Shown piece by piece: positions 12,256-21,609 of a stretch of 64,000 nt of DNA; the stretch's first letter is position 1, and every line of letters begins with the position of its first letter. A program made the translations under genes and the position numbers. Source of the DNA: an uncultured delta proteobacterium (GTDB taxonomy: Bacteria > Desulfobacterota > Binatia > UBA9968); the NCBI GenBank assembly GCA_963745835.1, contig CAVUZH010000013.1, positions 1 through 64,000 of the forward strand. The letters are read 5' to 3'. The notes below the pieces were generated by a model. It was not told the origin of the DNA. It saw nothing but the letters and a program-made list of their open reading frames with translations, and did no database searches.

Positions 12256-12551
12256 ACGATTTCTCCTGCTTTCACCGTATCCGTCAGGTATGCGGTAATG
12301 ACAAACGCGTCATCTGGCAAATACTTTACCACCACACACAACCATTTCCTACGCACTCGGGTTTGCGCGTAAAATTCGTAGAAGAGCCTTACGTCATCAT
12401 CGGAGCGCGACCGTCTCACCTCGCTCGGCACGCGCAATACCCGCTCAAGCTCGTCTTCCATGCCGGCCAGTTCGGCGTGTTCCAAAATATGCGCAAGTCG
12501 TTCGTCAGTAAGCCTGACTGATTGGCCAAAGCAATCCAGGATCACTTTCAT
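12240..12551 (-). CDS. Putative toxin, RelE/BECR-like nuclease fold (partner of DUF2283)
   Basis: VRLTDERLAHILEHAEL...WLCVVVKY...FVITAYLTD; two-gene TA layout. Confidence 0.65.
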   Translation of the reverse strand: MKVILDCFGQSVRLTDERLAHILEHAELAGMEDELERVLRVPSEVRRSRSDDDVRLFYEFYAQTRVRRKWLCVVVKYLPDDAFVITAYLTDTVKAGEIVWPKK

Positions 12552-12648
12552 AATCGCAAGATACGGCAGTGAGCAATTCGACGCAATCACTTCAGGTCGA
12601 AGCTCATCGTATCGAGACTAGGTCTGACGGAACGTGCTCATCGTCATC

Positions 12649-12937
12649 GGGTCAAGCGTGAGTTATTGAATTATTACGATAACTATTCACTTCGAGGATT
12701 TTCGAAGCGATTCCTCCGGGGGACGATCGCGGAAAGGGAACGCTTGAATACGCGCATTACGTCAGCCGATCGGCCGAATTTTGGCTGGTCTTTCTAGCCG
12801 ACCATAGGGAACCCGAGCCTTACCCGAACGTCGAATGCATTGTGCGGCGCGCAATCGGTGCTTATTTTCTGGAGAGGCGTAAGTTATACTGGTCGGGAAC
12901 TTCCACGTTTCGAGAATTCCCGAAACATCGAAATGAC
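12649..12937 (+). repeat. ~290-nt array element, full copy ending in site A
   Basis: Starts GGGTCAAGCGTGAGTTATTGA and ends GGAACTTCCACGTTTCGAGAATTCCCGAAACATCGAAATGAC, a few bases from the HNH stop codon. Confidence 0.85.
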
Positions 12938-12941
12938 AGTT

Positions 12942-13876
12942 CTAGTACCGACCAGGACCTTGGAATACCTCTCGGACGTGCCAGGAGATCCAATCTTCAT
13001 GAGGATAGTAGTTGGGGCGTTGCGGGGGTCGAATCTCCTTTCCGTGATATGCAACGACCCATTCCTGAAATCCCCTCGTGCCATTAGCGCTTTCGGAGAC
13101 AATGACTGACATGGAGTCGGAAATTGTAAACACGCCGCGGTCGAAAAGCTTATGGTGGAGCGAGCATAGGGCGAGGCCGTTGCGCTCCTCGTCCGGACCG
13201 CCGGCTTGATGCCATTTAATGTGAGCGGCCTCGACAGCGATCAGAATATTTCCGAGCCGAACATCGAAACCGCACACCGCGCAGCTGTATTCGTAGGCTC
13301 TGAGAACCCGCTCTCGAAATTCCGGATCGCGTGCAATCACGACCCGCGTATCCATTGAAAACTCTATTCCAACCGCATCCAGAATGTCGCGATGTATGGT
13401 CTCAGGAAAATGGGCGTCCAGTAGGTCCTGAACGATCTCGCGGGCGAGGCCATTGTTGCGCGAGAGTTCATCAAACACCTCGGCTGGAAAGCCTCCTTGC
13501 ACATTATTACTCAGCAAGGTTATTTTCGTCGGGCTGTTACTACCAGTCCGTTTCACGAGATCGCGAGTATCGCTCAACTCCCATAAGCCATCAGTCTGCA
13601 GATGCCAAAACGGAAATTCGGGGTGATAGGACTTCCTGCGAGGGCCGAACTCGATGAGAATTTGCGAAGATCGCGATCGACCTGGGCATACTCGATCATG
13701 CGCGGTTCGCCGCGCAGCGCCCGTCCAATGGCATAAAGCGCGAGCAACGGCTTATGCGGCGCCCTCTCCCCGCCTCTTTTCCAGACCGTGATCGCGTCGA
13801 ACTTTTCTTTGATTTCTGTCGGTGTCACTCGTCCTTCCGATTTTAAGATTGTTTCGTTTACTACGACTGAGAGCAA
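12942..13876 (-). CDS. SBD-HNH phosphorothioated-DNA-dependent restriction endonuclease-like protein (frameshift near 13575)
   Basis: N-terminal ERAPHKPLLALY and PFWHL (sulfur-binding domain type); C-terminal RDPEFRERVLRAYEYSCAVCG...EAAHI...NGLALCSLHHKLFD HNH domain. Confidence 0.8.
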
Positions 13877-13932
13877 AGCGCTATAGCTTTTTAGAACGAC
13901 AACTCAGAACGCACGCTCCCGAGGGGCCGCAG

Positions 13933-14045
13933 CAGGGTGAGTCACTGAGTTGTTCCCGTGCAACTACCCACTTAAGTTTTTGGAACGATGTCTTTCGGGG
14001 AACGACTGCGGCAAGGAAGCTTGAGCGCGTGAATATGGAGTGAAT
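13933..14045 (+). repeat. ~290-nt array element, left part only
   Basis: GTGAGTCACTGAGTTG...CAACTACCCACTT...GGAACGACTGCGGCAAGGAAGCTTGAG matches the left portion of the other copies. Confidence 0.75.
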
Positions 14046-14146
14046 CTGTAATTAATTGGCATGGCGAAAGGCTGGTTCAAACGTTCAACGGTTCGATGGT
14101 TCCGGCACGTTCACCATGAGCGGGATTGTACAACAATAGCCGGTCG

Positions 14147-14186
14147 GGAACTTCCACAATCGAGAATTTCCGGAACTAGCGAGTGA
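14147..14186 (+). repeat. Site A, degenerate, preceded by a GTTCMA tract
   Basis: GGAACTTCCACAATCGAGAATTTCCGGAAC. Confidence 0.6.
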
Positions 14187-14205
14187 ACAGCATAAGCAGG
14201 TGCTG

Positions 14206-14397
14206 CTATTTTGGATCTGGGATACCGAGCTGGCGGCAAATCTTGCGTGCGAGGAGGTCGGCGATTTCTATATGTCTTGGAACGGTGGTAATGCGGCGGG
14301 GATCGGCGAGATTGACGTACTTGCTATGTTTTGACCCCTCCTCAGCGAGCGCACATCCGAAGCGTTCCAAATGCCGGATGAGCTCGCGTCGTTTCAC
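14206..14397 (-). CDS. hicA: HicA family toxin
   Basis: MKRRELIRHLERFGC...EGSKH...TTVPRHIEIADLLARKICRQLGI. Confidence 0.92.
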   Translation of the reverse strand: MKRRELIRHLERFGCALAEEGSKHSKYVNLADPRRITTVPRHIEIADLLARKICRQLGIPDPK

Positions 14398-14598
14398 CTA
14401 CACCTCGAGTTGTTCGATCACAATTTTGTTTTTAGGTAGCTTAGAAAGATCAATCGGCTGGCGCATCAGTCGCACCGCATCTATGAGATTCTCCCGCGCC
14501 TCTTCCAATGAAGCCCCTTGTGTCAACGCGCCGGGAACATCATCTGTCCATGCAACCCACCATTTTCCGTCTTGAACAAAACTCGCTTGAATCTTCAT
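14398..14598 (-). CDS. hicB: HicB family antitoxin
   Basis: WWVAWTDDVPGALTQGASLEEARENLIDAV. Confidence 0.92.
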   Translation of the reverse strand: MKIQASFVQDGKWWVAWTDDVPGALTQGASLEEARENLIDAVRLMRQPIDLSKLPKNKIVIEQLEV

Positions 14599-14736
14599 AA
14601 AATCACCTCTTGACTGGAATATTACGCGAAACTGCAAACCGAAGCCAACCCGCGAGCACGTCGCCGCAGACACGATGCTCCGGGGGATAAGATAGGAACC
14701 AGTCGAAATAAGCAGGGGTCACGTCGAAATAAGCAA

Positions 14737-15050
14737 GGTCAGGCGTGAGTTATTGAGTCGTTTCCCCTGTAACTACCCCTCTGGGATTTTCGGAGCGATC
14801 TCTTTGCGAGGAACAACCCTCGGCAAGGAAGCTTTGAGCGCCTGAACATGAAGTGAGCCCCAACGACTGACCACACGCGCATTCCCTTAGCCGATGCCGG
14901 CCGGTTTGAGCTCCTTTTTTAGCTGACCCTACGGAACCTGAGCTTATTTGAAGGTGAGTGCAGCTTTGCAGCCGAGAGGTAATCGGGGGGCTGTGAGTTA
15001 TATGGGCCGAAACTTCAACGTTTCGAGAATTCCCGAAACATCGAAATGAG
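14737..15050 (+). repeat. ~290-nt array element, full copy ending in site A
   Basis: GGTCAGGCGTGAGTTATTGA...TTAGCCGATGCCGGCCG...TTTTTAGCTGACCC...GTGAGTTATAT...site A. Confidence 0.9.
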
Positions 15051-15110
15051 ACGCTGCCCCATCTCCTCGATTACCTCACTCTCCGCTTACAACTTTGACC
15101 CCTGGACACC

Positions 15111-15152
15111 TTTCACGTTTTCGCAATGCGAAAACATGATAACCATCGCTGC
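15111..15152 (+). promoter_or_regulatory. Site B palindrome plus first codons of a truncated ArsR gene
   Basis: TTTCACGTTTTCGCAATGCGAAAACATGATA followed by ACCATCGCTG. Confidence 0.7.
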
Positions 15153-15178
15153 TGGTCTCTGATTCCGCCTTGTTCTCG

Positions 15179-15508
15179 CTATGCGGCTCGGGGAGTGACG
15201 ATGATCCGAGATAGCTCCCGCTCGGATGCTCCAAGACTGATAAGAGATCGAATCAGCAAATCCAAGGAAACCGATGGATCGCCCGCTTCCATTTTGGCGA
15301 CGCGCGACTGGCTCGACTGAAGTTTCGCGGCGAGGTCCAGCTGTGACAAGCCTTGTTGCTGCCGGCGCTGTCTCAAACCTCCCGCCAGCTTAATCTTTAA
15401 GTCGATATAAGCCGACTCCTCGTCGGAGAGACGCAGAAATTCTTTGACCGTACCGATCTTCCAACCCTTCGCCTCCAAACGTTTTCTCTTTGGCTTACGC
15501 ATTCGCAT
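15179..15508 (-). CDS. XRE-family HTH antitoxin (HigA-like), copy 1
   Basis: KRKRLEAKGWKIGTVKEFL...GLSQLDLAAKLQSSQSRVAKMEAGDPSVSLDLLIR. Confidence 0.9.
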   Translation of the reverse strand: MRMRKPKRKRLEAKGWKIGTVKEFLRLSDEESAYIDLKIKLAGGLRQRRQQQGLSQLDLAAKLQSSQSRVAKMEAGDPSVSLDLLIRSLISLGASERELSRIIVTPRAA

Positions 15509-15766
15509 AATCCTTCAGGTCGTTTTTACCAGGCTGTTGAAAAAGCCCATCTACTTCGTTGCGCTCCATCGCCTCGCTCCAACGTACACCGGAGTACGCT
15601 TCTGCTCGTCGGTTGGTCGCGCGCCTCGTATTTGAACATTTTTAATCAGCCTGAAGAGATTGCGCAGTGAAGCAAAAACCCCGCTTCCAATCTGGCTGTC
15701 GACGAGAATGGTGGGGTTTTAAATTTCCCCCTGCAGCCAAACGAGCGGTTTATTCTCTGAGGTCAA
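15495..15766 (-). pseudogene. RelE/Gp49-like toxin with its middle replaced by a MITE, copy 1
   Basis: N-terminus KPLVWLQGEI-KTPPFSSTARLEAGFLL lies to the right of the MITE; C-terminus KRPEGL/RLKDYANA* lies to the left. Confidence 0.75.
15530..15653. mobile_element. ~125-bp MITE-like element with terminal inverted repeats
   Basis: CAGGCTGTTGAAAAA...TTTTTAATCAGCCTG; related copies at 26203, 40638 and 61850. Confidence 0.8.
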
Positions 15767-15772
15767 TAACTA

Positions 15773-15801
15773 ACTGTATGTCAAATATGACATCGCGTCA
15801 A
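15773..15801 (-). promoter_or_regulatory. Sigma70-like promoter with palindromic operator
   Basis: TTGACG-17 bp-TACAGT, 6 nt before a TTG start. The spacer holds the inverted repeat ATGTCATATTTGACAT. Repeated at 26447-26475. Confidence 0.6.
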
Positions 15802-16318
15802 GAATGACAGCCAGTTCGGCATCTGAGAGGAACAAGACAGTTTAGGTCCGTCGAGGAGTTAATGACTTGTTTGTCGGTAACCACCCATCACGCCATCTTG
15901 ATCCTTGAAATAGTACCGCGGCACTTCGGAATTTTGTGCGGTTGACCCCGAATTGAGTCGAGCGAATAGCTTAAGACTCTTACGGGATCGGCCGAGGCTT
16001 CGATACCGGATATTGCACATCCAGACTTCAACGCACTGCTTTAGAGATCAGAAGCCGAGCGGGGGCTCCAGGGCTCGCGGAGTGGTGATGATCCGAGATA
16101 GCTTGCGGTCCTGTCGCGGATCGAACCGTTCCAATCCTTTCAGACGTTCCACCGCTTCGCTCCGTTCAGAACGTTAAAACCTGAAGACCGCTCGAAAGTT
16201 CAGGCGAACCCGTGACACGAACACGCCCGTCGCCGCTACCGGGTTCTTCGCTTCGTTTGCGATAGCCGTGGCTTATTTGCTACCAATTGTGAAACGAATT
16301 TGCGACGGAGTATCGAAG

Positions 16319-17056
16319 ATGAAACTCGCTGAACTTCACTGGCCGGAAGTTGAAAAGCTCGACAGAGAAAAAATAGTCGCCGTGATTCCGGTGGGCTCGA
16401 TGGAGCAACATGGCCCGCACCTGCCCTTTCAGGTCGATGTTTTTTGCGCGTCGCGTCTGGCCGAGGATCTCGAGCAGAAAATCCCGGACGTCCTGCTGGT
16501 GCCGTCGCTTTGGGCCGGTGTTTCGGCGCACCATATGGATTTTCCGGGCTCCATCACTTTGCGCGCCAGAGTCTTCATCGATCTTTTACATGACATCTGC
16601 GGTTCGCTACATCATCATGGCTTCCGCCGGATCGTGCTGTTAAACGGCCACGGCGGCAATCGCTCCAGCCTCGAAGTGCTGGGACAAGAACTCTTCGTCG
16701 AGTTAGGCCTGACCGTGAACACATTGGCTTATTGGGACCTGGTACCGGATTTGGTCAAGTCGCTCAAGAAAACCAAATCGAGCGGCATGGGTCACTCGGG
16801 CGAGCTCGAAACATCGCTGATGCTTTACCTCGCGCCCGAGTTGGTCGATCGGCAAGCTGTTCCGCAGGGAGTTCTCGGCATCGAACCGGCCGGCCCAACG
16901 AGCGGGATCAAACGTTACGTCAATATGAAGGAGCATTCGGCGCAAGGCGTAATCGGTATGCCGTCAGCGGGCACTCCGGAGATCGGCAAAGAGCTATACC
17001 ATGGCGCGCTTAGCGCGCTCGAGAAGGCGGTTCGCACCCTGCAATCTCATGATTGA
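16319..17056 (+). CDS. Creatininase family protein, copy 1
   Basis: PVGSMEQHGPHLP; SAHHMDFPGS; LNGHGGN; GHSGELETS. Confidence 0.93.
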   Translation: MKLAELHWPEVEKLDREKIVAVIPVGSMEQHGPHLPFQVDVFCASRLAEDLEQKIPDVLLVPSLWAGVSAHHMDFPGSITLRARVFIDLLHDICGSLHHHGFRRIVLLNGHGGNRSSLEVLGQELFVELGLTVNTLAYWDLVPDLVKSLKKTKSSGMGHSGELETSLMLYLAPELVDRQAVPQGVLGIEPAGPTSGIKRYVNMKEHSAQGVIGMPSAGTPEIGKELYHGALSALEKAVRTLQSHD

Positions 17057-17074
17057 TTCGAGCCCATCACTGCT

Positions 17075-18109
17075 TCATTTCTTGAAAAACTTTGCATACT
17101 TCTGAGTGAGCTGCTTGTAATCGCTTTCGCTGCGCTGGATCTCTTCGACGAATTTGATTTTATCGGCGTCTTTCAAGGGCGGATGAACACCGCGTAAATT
17201 GACGAACTCGCAATCCTTAGCGAGCGCTTCCATGCTCTCTCGGCTGTACCAATGGTCGATCCATAATTTGGCCGCGTTGACATTTGTCGACCTGGAGCCG
17301 ATCGCGATGTAGTTGCTTTCTCCCAGATACGCGGGCAAACGCACGTAATCCAAAGGCGCGCCGACTTTTCCCATATCGCAAACATATTTAATGTAAGCGA
17401 TGCCGAGCGGCTTCTCGCCGTTGGCGATGCTTTCCACCGCCGGAGTCAGCGAGCGGTGCAGCAGCGGGCGGTTCGACGCCAGGCGCTGAATGTATTCGTC
17501 CTCTTGGGTTTTATCACCCAACACCAAGTGCAGACTGGAGAGCCATTTAGCCATGGACGTATGCGAGGTCGGATCGGACATGGTGGTCTTGCCGTCCCAT
17601 TTTGGGTCGACATAGTCCCAGTAGGATTTCGGCGCGTCCGACGGTTTGATATAGCGGGTATTGTAGACAAAGCCGATAATCGAGCTACGATAATTAGGGC
17701 TATAGAAATCGTGATGAGATCCAGAATCGAAGTTCTTGGCCGCCGGCGTTTGATACTTGAGAAACATTCCCTCGTTTCTCATTATCTCCATGGCATCGAC
17801 GCCGGTGAAGAAAACATCCCAAGTAACTTTGCCGGTGCGGAATTCATTGATAGCGCGATCCATCACCGCGGTCGTTGATGCACGCCAGTAGACGCTTTTG
17901 ACGTCGGGATATTTTTTGTCGAAGCTCGCCTGGATTTCCTTCATCACTTCGTCTTGGAGAGAACCAAAAATAGTGACTTTGCCCTCCTTTCGCGCGGCCT
18001 CGATAAGCGCTTTATCCTGGCTGTTAGCCGAGCGAGAAAGAACGAGCATCAACAGCGAAAACAAGGCACAGACCAAAATCACTCTCCGCTGAAGTGTGCT
18101 CTTATTCAT
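17075..18109 (-). CDS. ABC transporter extracellular solute-binding protein (Fe3+/thiamine/polyamine-like family)
   Basis: Signal peptide; AARKEGKVTIFGS; YNTRYIKPSDAPKSYWDYVDPKWDG; NAAKLWID. Confidence 0.9.
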   Translation of the reverse strand: MNKSTLQRRVILVCALFSLLMLVLSRSANSQDKALIEAARKEGKVTIFGSLQDEVMKEIQASFDKKYPDVKSVYWRASTTAVMDRAINEFRTGKVTWDVFFTGVDAMEIMRNEGMFLKYQTPAAKNFDSGSHHDFYSPNYRSSIIGFVYNTRYIKPSDAPKSYWDYVDPKWDGKTTMSDPTSHTSMAKWLSSLHLVLGDKTQEDEYIQRLASNRPLLHRSLTPAVESIANGEKPLGIAYIKYVCDMGKVGAPLDYVRLPAYLGESNYIAIGSRSTNVNAAKLWIDHWYSRESMEALAKDCEFVNLRGVHPPLKDADKIKFVEEIQRSESDYKQLTQKYAKFFKK

Positions 18110-18295
18110 AAGAACCTCCTTTGACTCGCAAGTTACTGCAAAGCTGATCGATCATATCATCCAAGTAGTTTGCCAGGCGCGGTCAGGACAAGACCTATCA
18201 CGAATAGGACGATCAGGGCTAACACGCCATTGATCGACGCTTGAAACTCATTGCGCCAAGAACTCGGTGATTCCGGATCAAGCAGTTCAATAATC

Positions 18296-18572
18296 GGGTC
18301 AGGCGTGAGTTATTGACTTATTTCCTTTGCGATAGCCAGTTTGGAATTTTCGGCCCGATCTCTTTCCGGGAACGACTGCGGTAAGGAAGCTTGAGTACCT
18401 GATCATTGAGCCCGAACAAATGACGAGAACGTGCATTACGTTAGCCGATCCGCCGGATCTGAGCTCGTCTTTTTTAGCTGACCCTACGGAACCTGAGCTG
18501 ATTTGAGCGGTGACGCAGCGTGCAGCCGAACGAGTAATCGGAGGTCACGGGTGAGTTATATGAGCGGAATTC
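18296..18572 (+). repeat. ~290-nt array element, full body (site A displaced ~90 bp downstream)
   Basis: GGGTCAGGCGTGAGTTATTGA...GCATTACGTTAGCCGAT...TAATCGGAGGTCACGGGTGAGTTATAT. Confidence 0.9.
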
Positions 18573-18659
18573 AGTAGACACGGATAGTAACAAAGGTTAG
18601 CGGTAAAAGGAAAGACACAGACGCTGTGCTTTCCAAAGTTAAATGGTTCAACGACAGAC

Positions 18660-18802
18660 GGAACTTCCACGTTTCGAGAATTCCCGAAACGTCGAAATGA
18701 GAGCGCTGCCCCATCTCCTCCGAACCTCACTCTCCGCTGACAACTTCGGCCCCTGGGTTTTCACGTTTTCGCAATTGCGAAAACATGATAGGCATCGCTG
18801 CC
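18660..18802 (+). repeat. Site A, conserved linker, site B and ArsR 5' stub
   Basis: GGAACTTCCACGTTTCGAGAATTCCCGAAACGTCGAAATGAG...TTTCACGTTTTCGCAATTGCGAAAACATGATA. Confidence 0.85.
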
Positions 18803-18972
18803 ATCAACGGAGTGGCGCAGTTCGGTCAGTTCCAATGGTTCCAAACGTTTAAAGGCAAGGCTCGTTCAGCGTCAAAAGTTCAACCTCGGCGCGGAACTTC
18901 CACGTTTCGATCTTCAACCGCTACGCTCGTTAGGATGGTTCGACAAGCTCACACTTAACCAATGATACGAGG

Positions 18973-19000
18973 TTGACAATATACGGCGCTGACGTATAAT
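18973..19000 (+). promoter_or_regulatory. Consensus sigma70 promoter of the higBA-like module
   Basis: TTGACA-16 bp-TATAAT. Confidence 0.75.
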
Positions 19001-19007
19001 CACGAGC

Positions 19008-19319
19008 ACGTACACCTTCGTTGAAACCAAACAGTTCTCACGACTAGTTCGGGAGTATCTCTCGGACGATGATTATGCATCCTTGCAGCGCGCCCTGATC
19101 GCCAATCCCGCGGCTGGCGTCGTCATCCCTGGAACGGGCGGGCTCCGTAAAATCCGCTGGGCAGTGTCTGGTAAAGGTAAGCGGGGAGGCGTGCGGGTCA
19201 TTTACTATGGCAAGATGCGCGCAGGCATCATTTGGATGCTAACGATTTACGGTAAGAATGTAGAAGCGAACATTCCCGCTCATATCCTGCGACGGATTAA
19301 GGAGGAAATGAATGCCTAA
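19008..19319 (+). CDS. RelE/HigB2-like toxin (apparent start codon ACG)
   Basis: YTFVETKQFSRLVREYLSDDDY...VIPGTGGLRKIRW...GKRGGVRVIYY; the frame is open from 19008. Confidence 0.88.
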   Translation, partial: TYTFVETKQFSRLVREYLSDDDYASLQRALIANPAAGVVIPGTGGLRKIRWAVSGKGKRGGVRVIYYGKMRAGIIWMLTIYGKNVEANIPAHILRRIKEEMNA

Positions 19320-19584
19320 ACGAAAAAGAAACATTGGACTGGAAATTTTGGAGGGAATCCGGGAGATAAAGCGCGGTGAGCATGGTCGCGTTATCAACGT
19401 TCCCTCCGTGTCAACCATTCGGGAAAGTACCGGTCTATCGCAGTCTCGGTTTGCACAGCTTCTTGGTGTGTCGGTGCGAACACTCCAAGAATGGGAGCAA
19501 GGCCGTCGCGCCCCCTCAGGAGCTGCGCGCACGTTGCTGATAATAGCGGCAAAAAATCCGCAAGCGCTTAGAGACGTAGCGTAA
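19312..19584 (+). CDS. HigA-like HTH antitoxin
   Basis: IRESTGLSQSRFAQLLGVSVRTLQEWEQGRRAPSGAARTLL. Confidence 0.92.
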   Translation: MPKRKRNIGLEILEGIREIKRGEHGRVINVPSVSTIRESTGLSQSRFAQLLGVSVRTLQEWEQGRRAPSGAARTLLIIAAKNPQALRDVA

Positions 19585-19734
19585 AAGCCCCCCTTCCTTT
19601 AATCGCGCTCAGTCTCGGGCTGTCCTTAGTTTTTCCTTCGTCTATGCGCGCCAACCGTACAACCTCAAACGTATTTGGCGATTCGAAAATTTCCCGGCTG
19701 CCAGATCAGGGCACTACGATCTTCAGCGGAATGA

Positions 19735-19895
19735 GCCGTTCCAAGCGGTTGCACCAGTTTCATCGCTTCCCTCTTTGTCGGATCGGTCAAGTTCCAATCG
19801 TTCCAGTGGTTCGATCGCTTCGCGCATTATCGGATCGAGCCGTTCCAAGGTTCCAATAGTTCCAAACGTTCAACCGCTTCGCTTCGTTCAAACGT
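19735..19895 (+). repeat. GTTCMA tandem tract (representative copy)
   Basis: Units such as GTTCCAATC, GTTCCAGTG, GTTCCAAG, GTTCCAAAC and GTTCAACC, with the embedded motifs GGATCGAGCCGTTCC and CCGCTTCGCT. Confidence 0.75.
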
Positions 19896-19940
19896 CGGAC
19901 CTAACGCCGTTTAAACTGCCGGTCTTGGACCTTAGACACC

Positions 19941-20091
19941 TTTCACGTTTTCGCAATTGCGAAAACATGATAAGCATCGCTGCCGTGGAAGAGATCACCT
20001 ATAGGCAATCGCGGCTGTGTCGTCTGCTCGGTAACCCGGTGGCGTTTGCCGTGGTCGCCTTGCTCACCAACGGTAAAGACCTGAGCACCAG
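19941..20091 (+). pseudogene. Site B plus 3'-truncated ArsR gene
   Basis: Nearly identical to 20884-21034; similarity stops abruptly after GACCTGAGCACCAG. Confidence 0.85.
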
Positions 20092-20098
20092 CAAGGGA

Positions 20099-20326
20099 TT
20101 ATGCGGCAGTATACTGCCGGATTTCGACCTGAATGCCAGAACGCGCGGCTTCTTCCGCCGATTTTAGCAGTCGTTCGGTGATATCTTCATCCACATAAGC
20201 CTCCCCGCAAATATTGCACACACGAGCCGGAACGCTCTTGAAGACCAAAGTGGCACCGTCCTTTTCCAGAGTTATCGTGGTCTTTCCGGGTTTGGTCGTT
20301 CCCTTTTTACAAACAACACAGTTCAT
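20099..20326 (-). CDS. YgiT-type zinc-finger protein (MqsA-like antitoxin N-domain)
   Basis: MNCVVCKKG...LVFKSVPARVCNICGEAY. Confidence 0.9.
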   Translation of the reverse strand: MNCVVCKKGTTKPGKTTITLEKDGATLVFKSVPARVCNICGEAYVDEDITERLLKSAEEAARSGIQVEIRQYTAA

Positions 20327-20610
20327 GTCTCTTTTCTCCTTTTGAGGTCCGGCTCCCATTCATCACGATCCGGCTCATAAACTGTTACCACGATGTTTTC
20401 CTTATCGTGTGCATTGTCCGCGACGACGACATGTATCGGTCGTAAATCGCACCATCCGAGTATTAAACGACTGGGATAAGGGAAATCATTCGGATAGTCT
20501 TCAATTGTCTCGCCCGTTTGAATCACCGTATGCACTTCCTCCGCGGTGATGCTTCTCTGGTACATACGTTGAATGGCATGTACTCTGAACACTATCTTTT
20601 CAAATACCAC
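20323..20610 (-). CDS. DUF4258 putative toxin
   Basis: FRVHAIQRMYQRSIT...IEDYPNDFPYPSRLILG...PIHVVVA...VVTVYEPD. Confidence 0.88.
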   Translation of the reverse strand: MVFEKIVFRVHAIQRMYQRSITAEEVHTVIQTGETIEDYPNDFPYPSRLILGWCDLRPIHVVVADNAHDKENIVVTVYEPDRDEWEPDLKRRKET

Positions 20611-20883
20611 ATCCGAACCCCTTCCGGCGCGACTGTTGATCGTACAATGAAATTGCTTCTCAGGAAAGGCAGGCACAGGCCCAATTAAATGCTGCTCACG
20701 CCCGTTCCAGTCATCTCAGCCGTTCAACCCTTAGCTCCGTTCAGTCGGTCGGATTAAACCGTTGAATGGTTCAACCGCTTCGGTGCCTTATTGCTCGCCC
20801 GTTTTAACAGACTGTAGCTACTTCCACCGCCAGCCGCATCTCCGTTAGTCGGCCTCGCTCTCCCCTTACACTTTCGATCCTAC

Positions 20884-20915
20884 TTTCATGTTTTCGCAAT
20901 TGCGAAAACATGATA
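20884..20915. promoter_or_regulatory. Site B 32-bp palindrome overlapping the ArsR start (putative operator)
   Basis: TTTCATGTTTTCGCAATTGCGAAAACATGATA. Confidence 0.7.
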
Positions 20916-21230
20916 AGCATCGCTGCCGTGGAAGAGATCACCTATAGGCAATCGCGGCTGTGTCGTCTGCTCGGTAACCCGGTGGCGTTTGCCGTGGTCG
21001 CTTTGCTCACCAACGGTAAAGACCTGAGCACCAGTGAGATAGCAAAGGCTATCGGCCGGAGCGTACCGCGCACGAGCAATATCTTGGGCGCGTTGAGGCT
21101 TGCCGAGTTAGTGCGCTATGAGACCGAAGGGAGATACGCGCGGTATCGACTGAAGCATCCGCGCCAGATACGGAGAATTCTCGAGGCGCTTTCCGAATTT
21201 GTAAAAACCACATCCGTGGCGCGTCGTTGA
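20910..21230 (+). CDS. ArsR/SmtB-family winged-helix regulator (only intact copy)
   Basis: SRLCRLLGNPVAFAVV...STSEIAKAIGRSVPRTSNILGALRLAELVRYETEGRYARYRL. The true start could be the downstream GTG. Confidence 0.85.
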   Translation: MISIAAVEEITYRQSRLCRLLGNPVAFAVVALLTNGKDLSTSEIAKAIGRSVPRTSNILGALRLAELVRYETEGRYARYRLKHPRQIRRILEALSEFVKTTSVARR

Positions 21231-21387
21231 TCTCGTTTACCAGTTAAGGGGAATGCAAACTTCTCAATCTGGACGAAACTGCCGCGGATTTGCAAGCCGG
21301 GTTCAGTTCCAAACCAAGTGCGAGAAAATAACCGGATAAGTGATATGTTAATAGCGCAGTGGCAACTGACGGTATGGAGGCATCAAG

Positions 21388-21609
21388 ATGGCTAAGCCTA
21401 TAGACAAACTGGCAGCGGAGATTCGGAATCTTCCTGATAAAGAAAAGTTACAGCTCGTCGACGCAATTCTGGAAGAGCTCGTCAAGCCGGACCCGGAAAT
21501 CGACCGCATTTGGGCAGAGGAAGCCCGGAAACGTTGGAACGCATATAAAGCCGGCCGCGTTCCCATGGTGTCATATGATACGGTCATGGCCAAACATCGG
21601 CGACCGTGA
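21388..21609 (+). CDS. Addiction module antitoxin (TIGR02574-like)
   Basis: LPDKEKLQLVDAILEEL...IDRIWAEEARKRWNAYKAG. Confidence 0.88.
   Translation: MAKPIDKLAAEIRNLPDKEKLQLVDAILEELVKPDPEIDRIWAEEARKRWNAYKAGRVPMVSYDTVMAKHRRP

Noticed and set aside
2511-13876. Many frameshifts as programmed frameshifting or true pseudogenisation
   Set aside because: They also hit essential rplT and are scattered single-base indels, typical of uncorrected long-read error.
14702-14741. 21-nt tandem duplication GTCGAAATAAGCA(G/A)GGTCA at the left end of a long repeat as a target-site duplication
   Set aside because: Both copies are on the same side of the element, and the other elements lack it.
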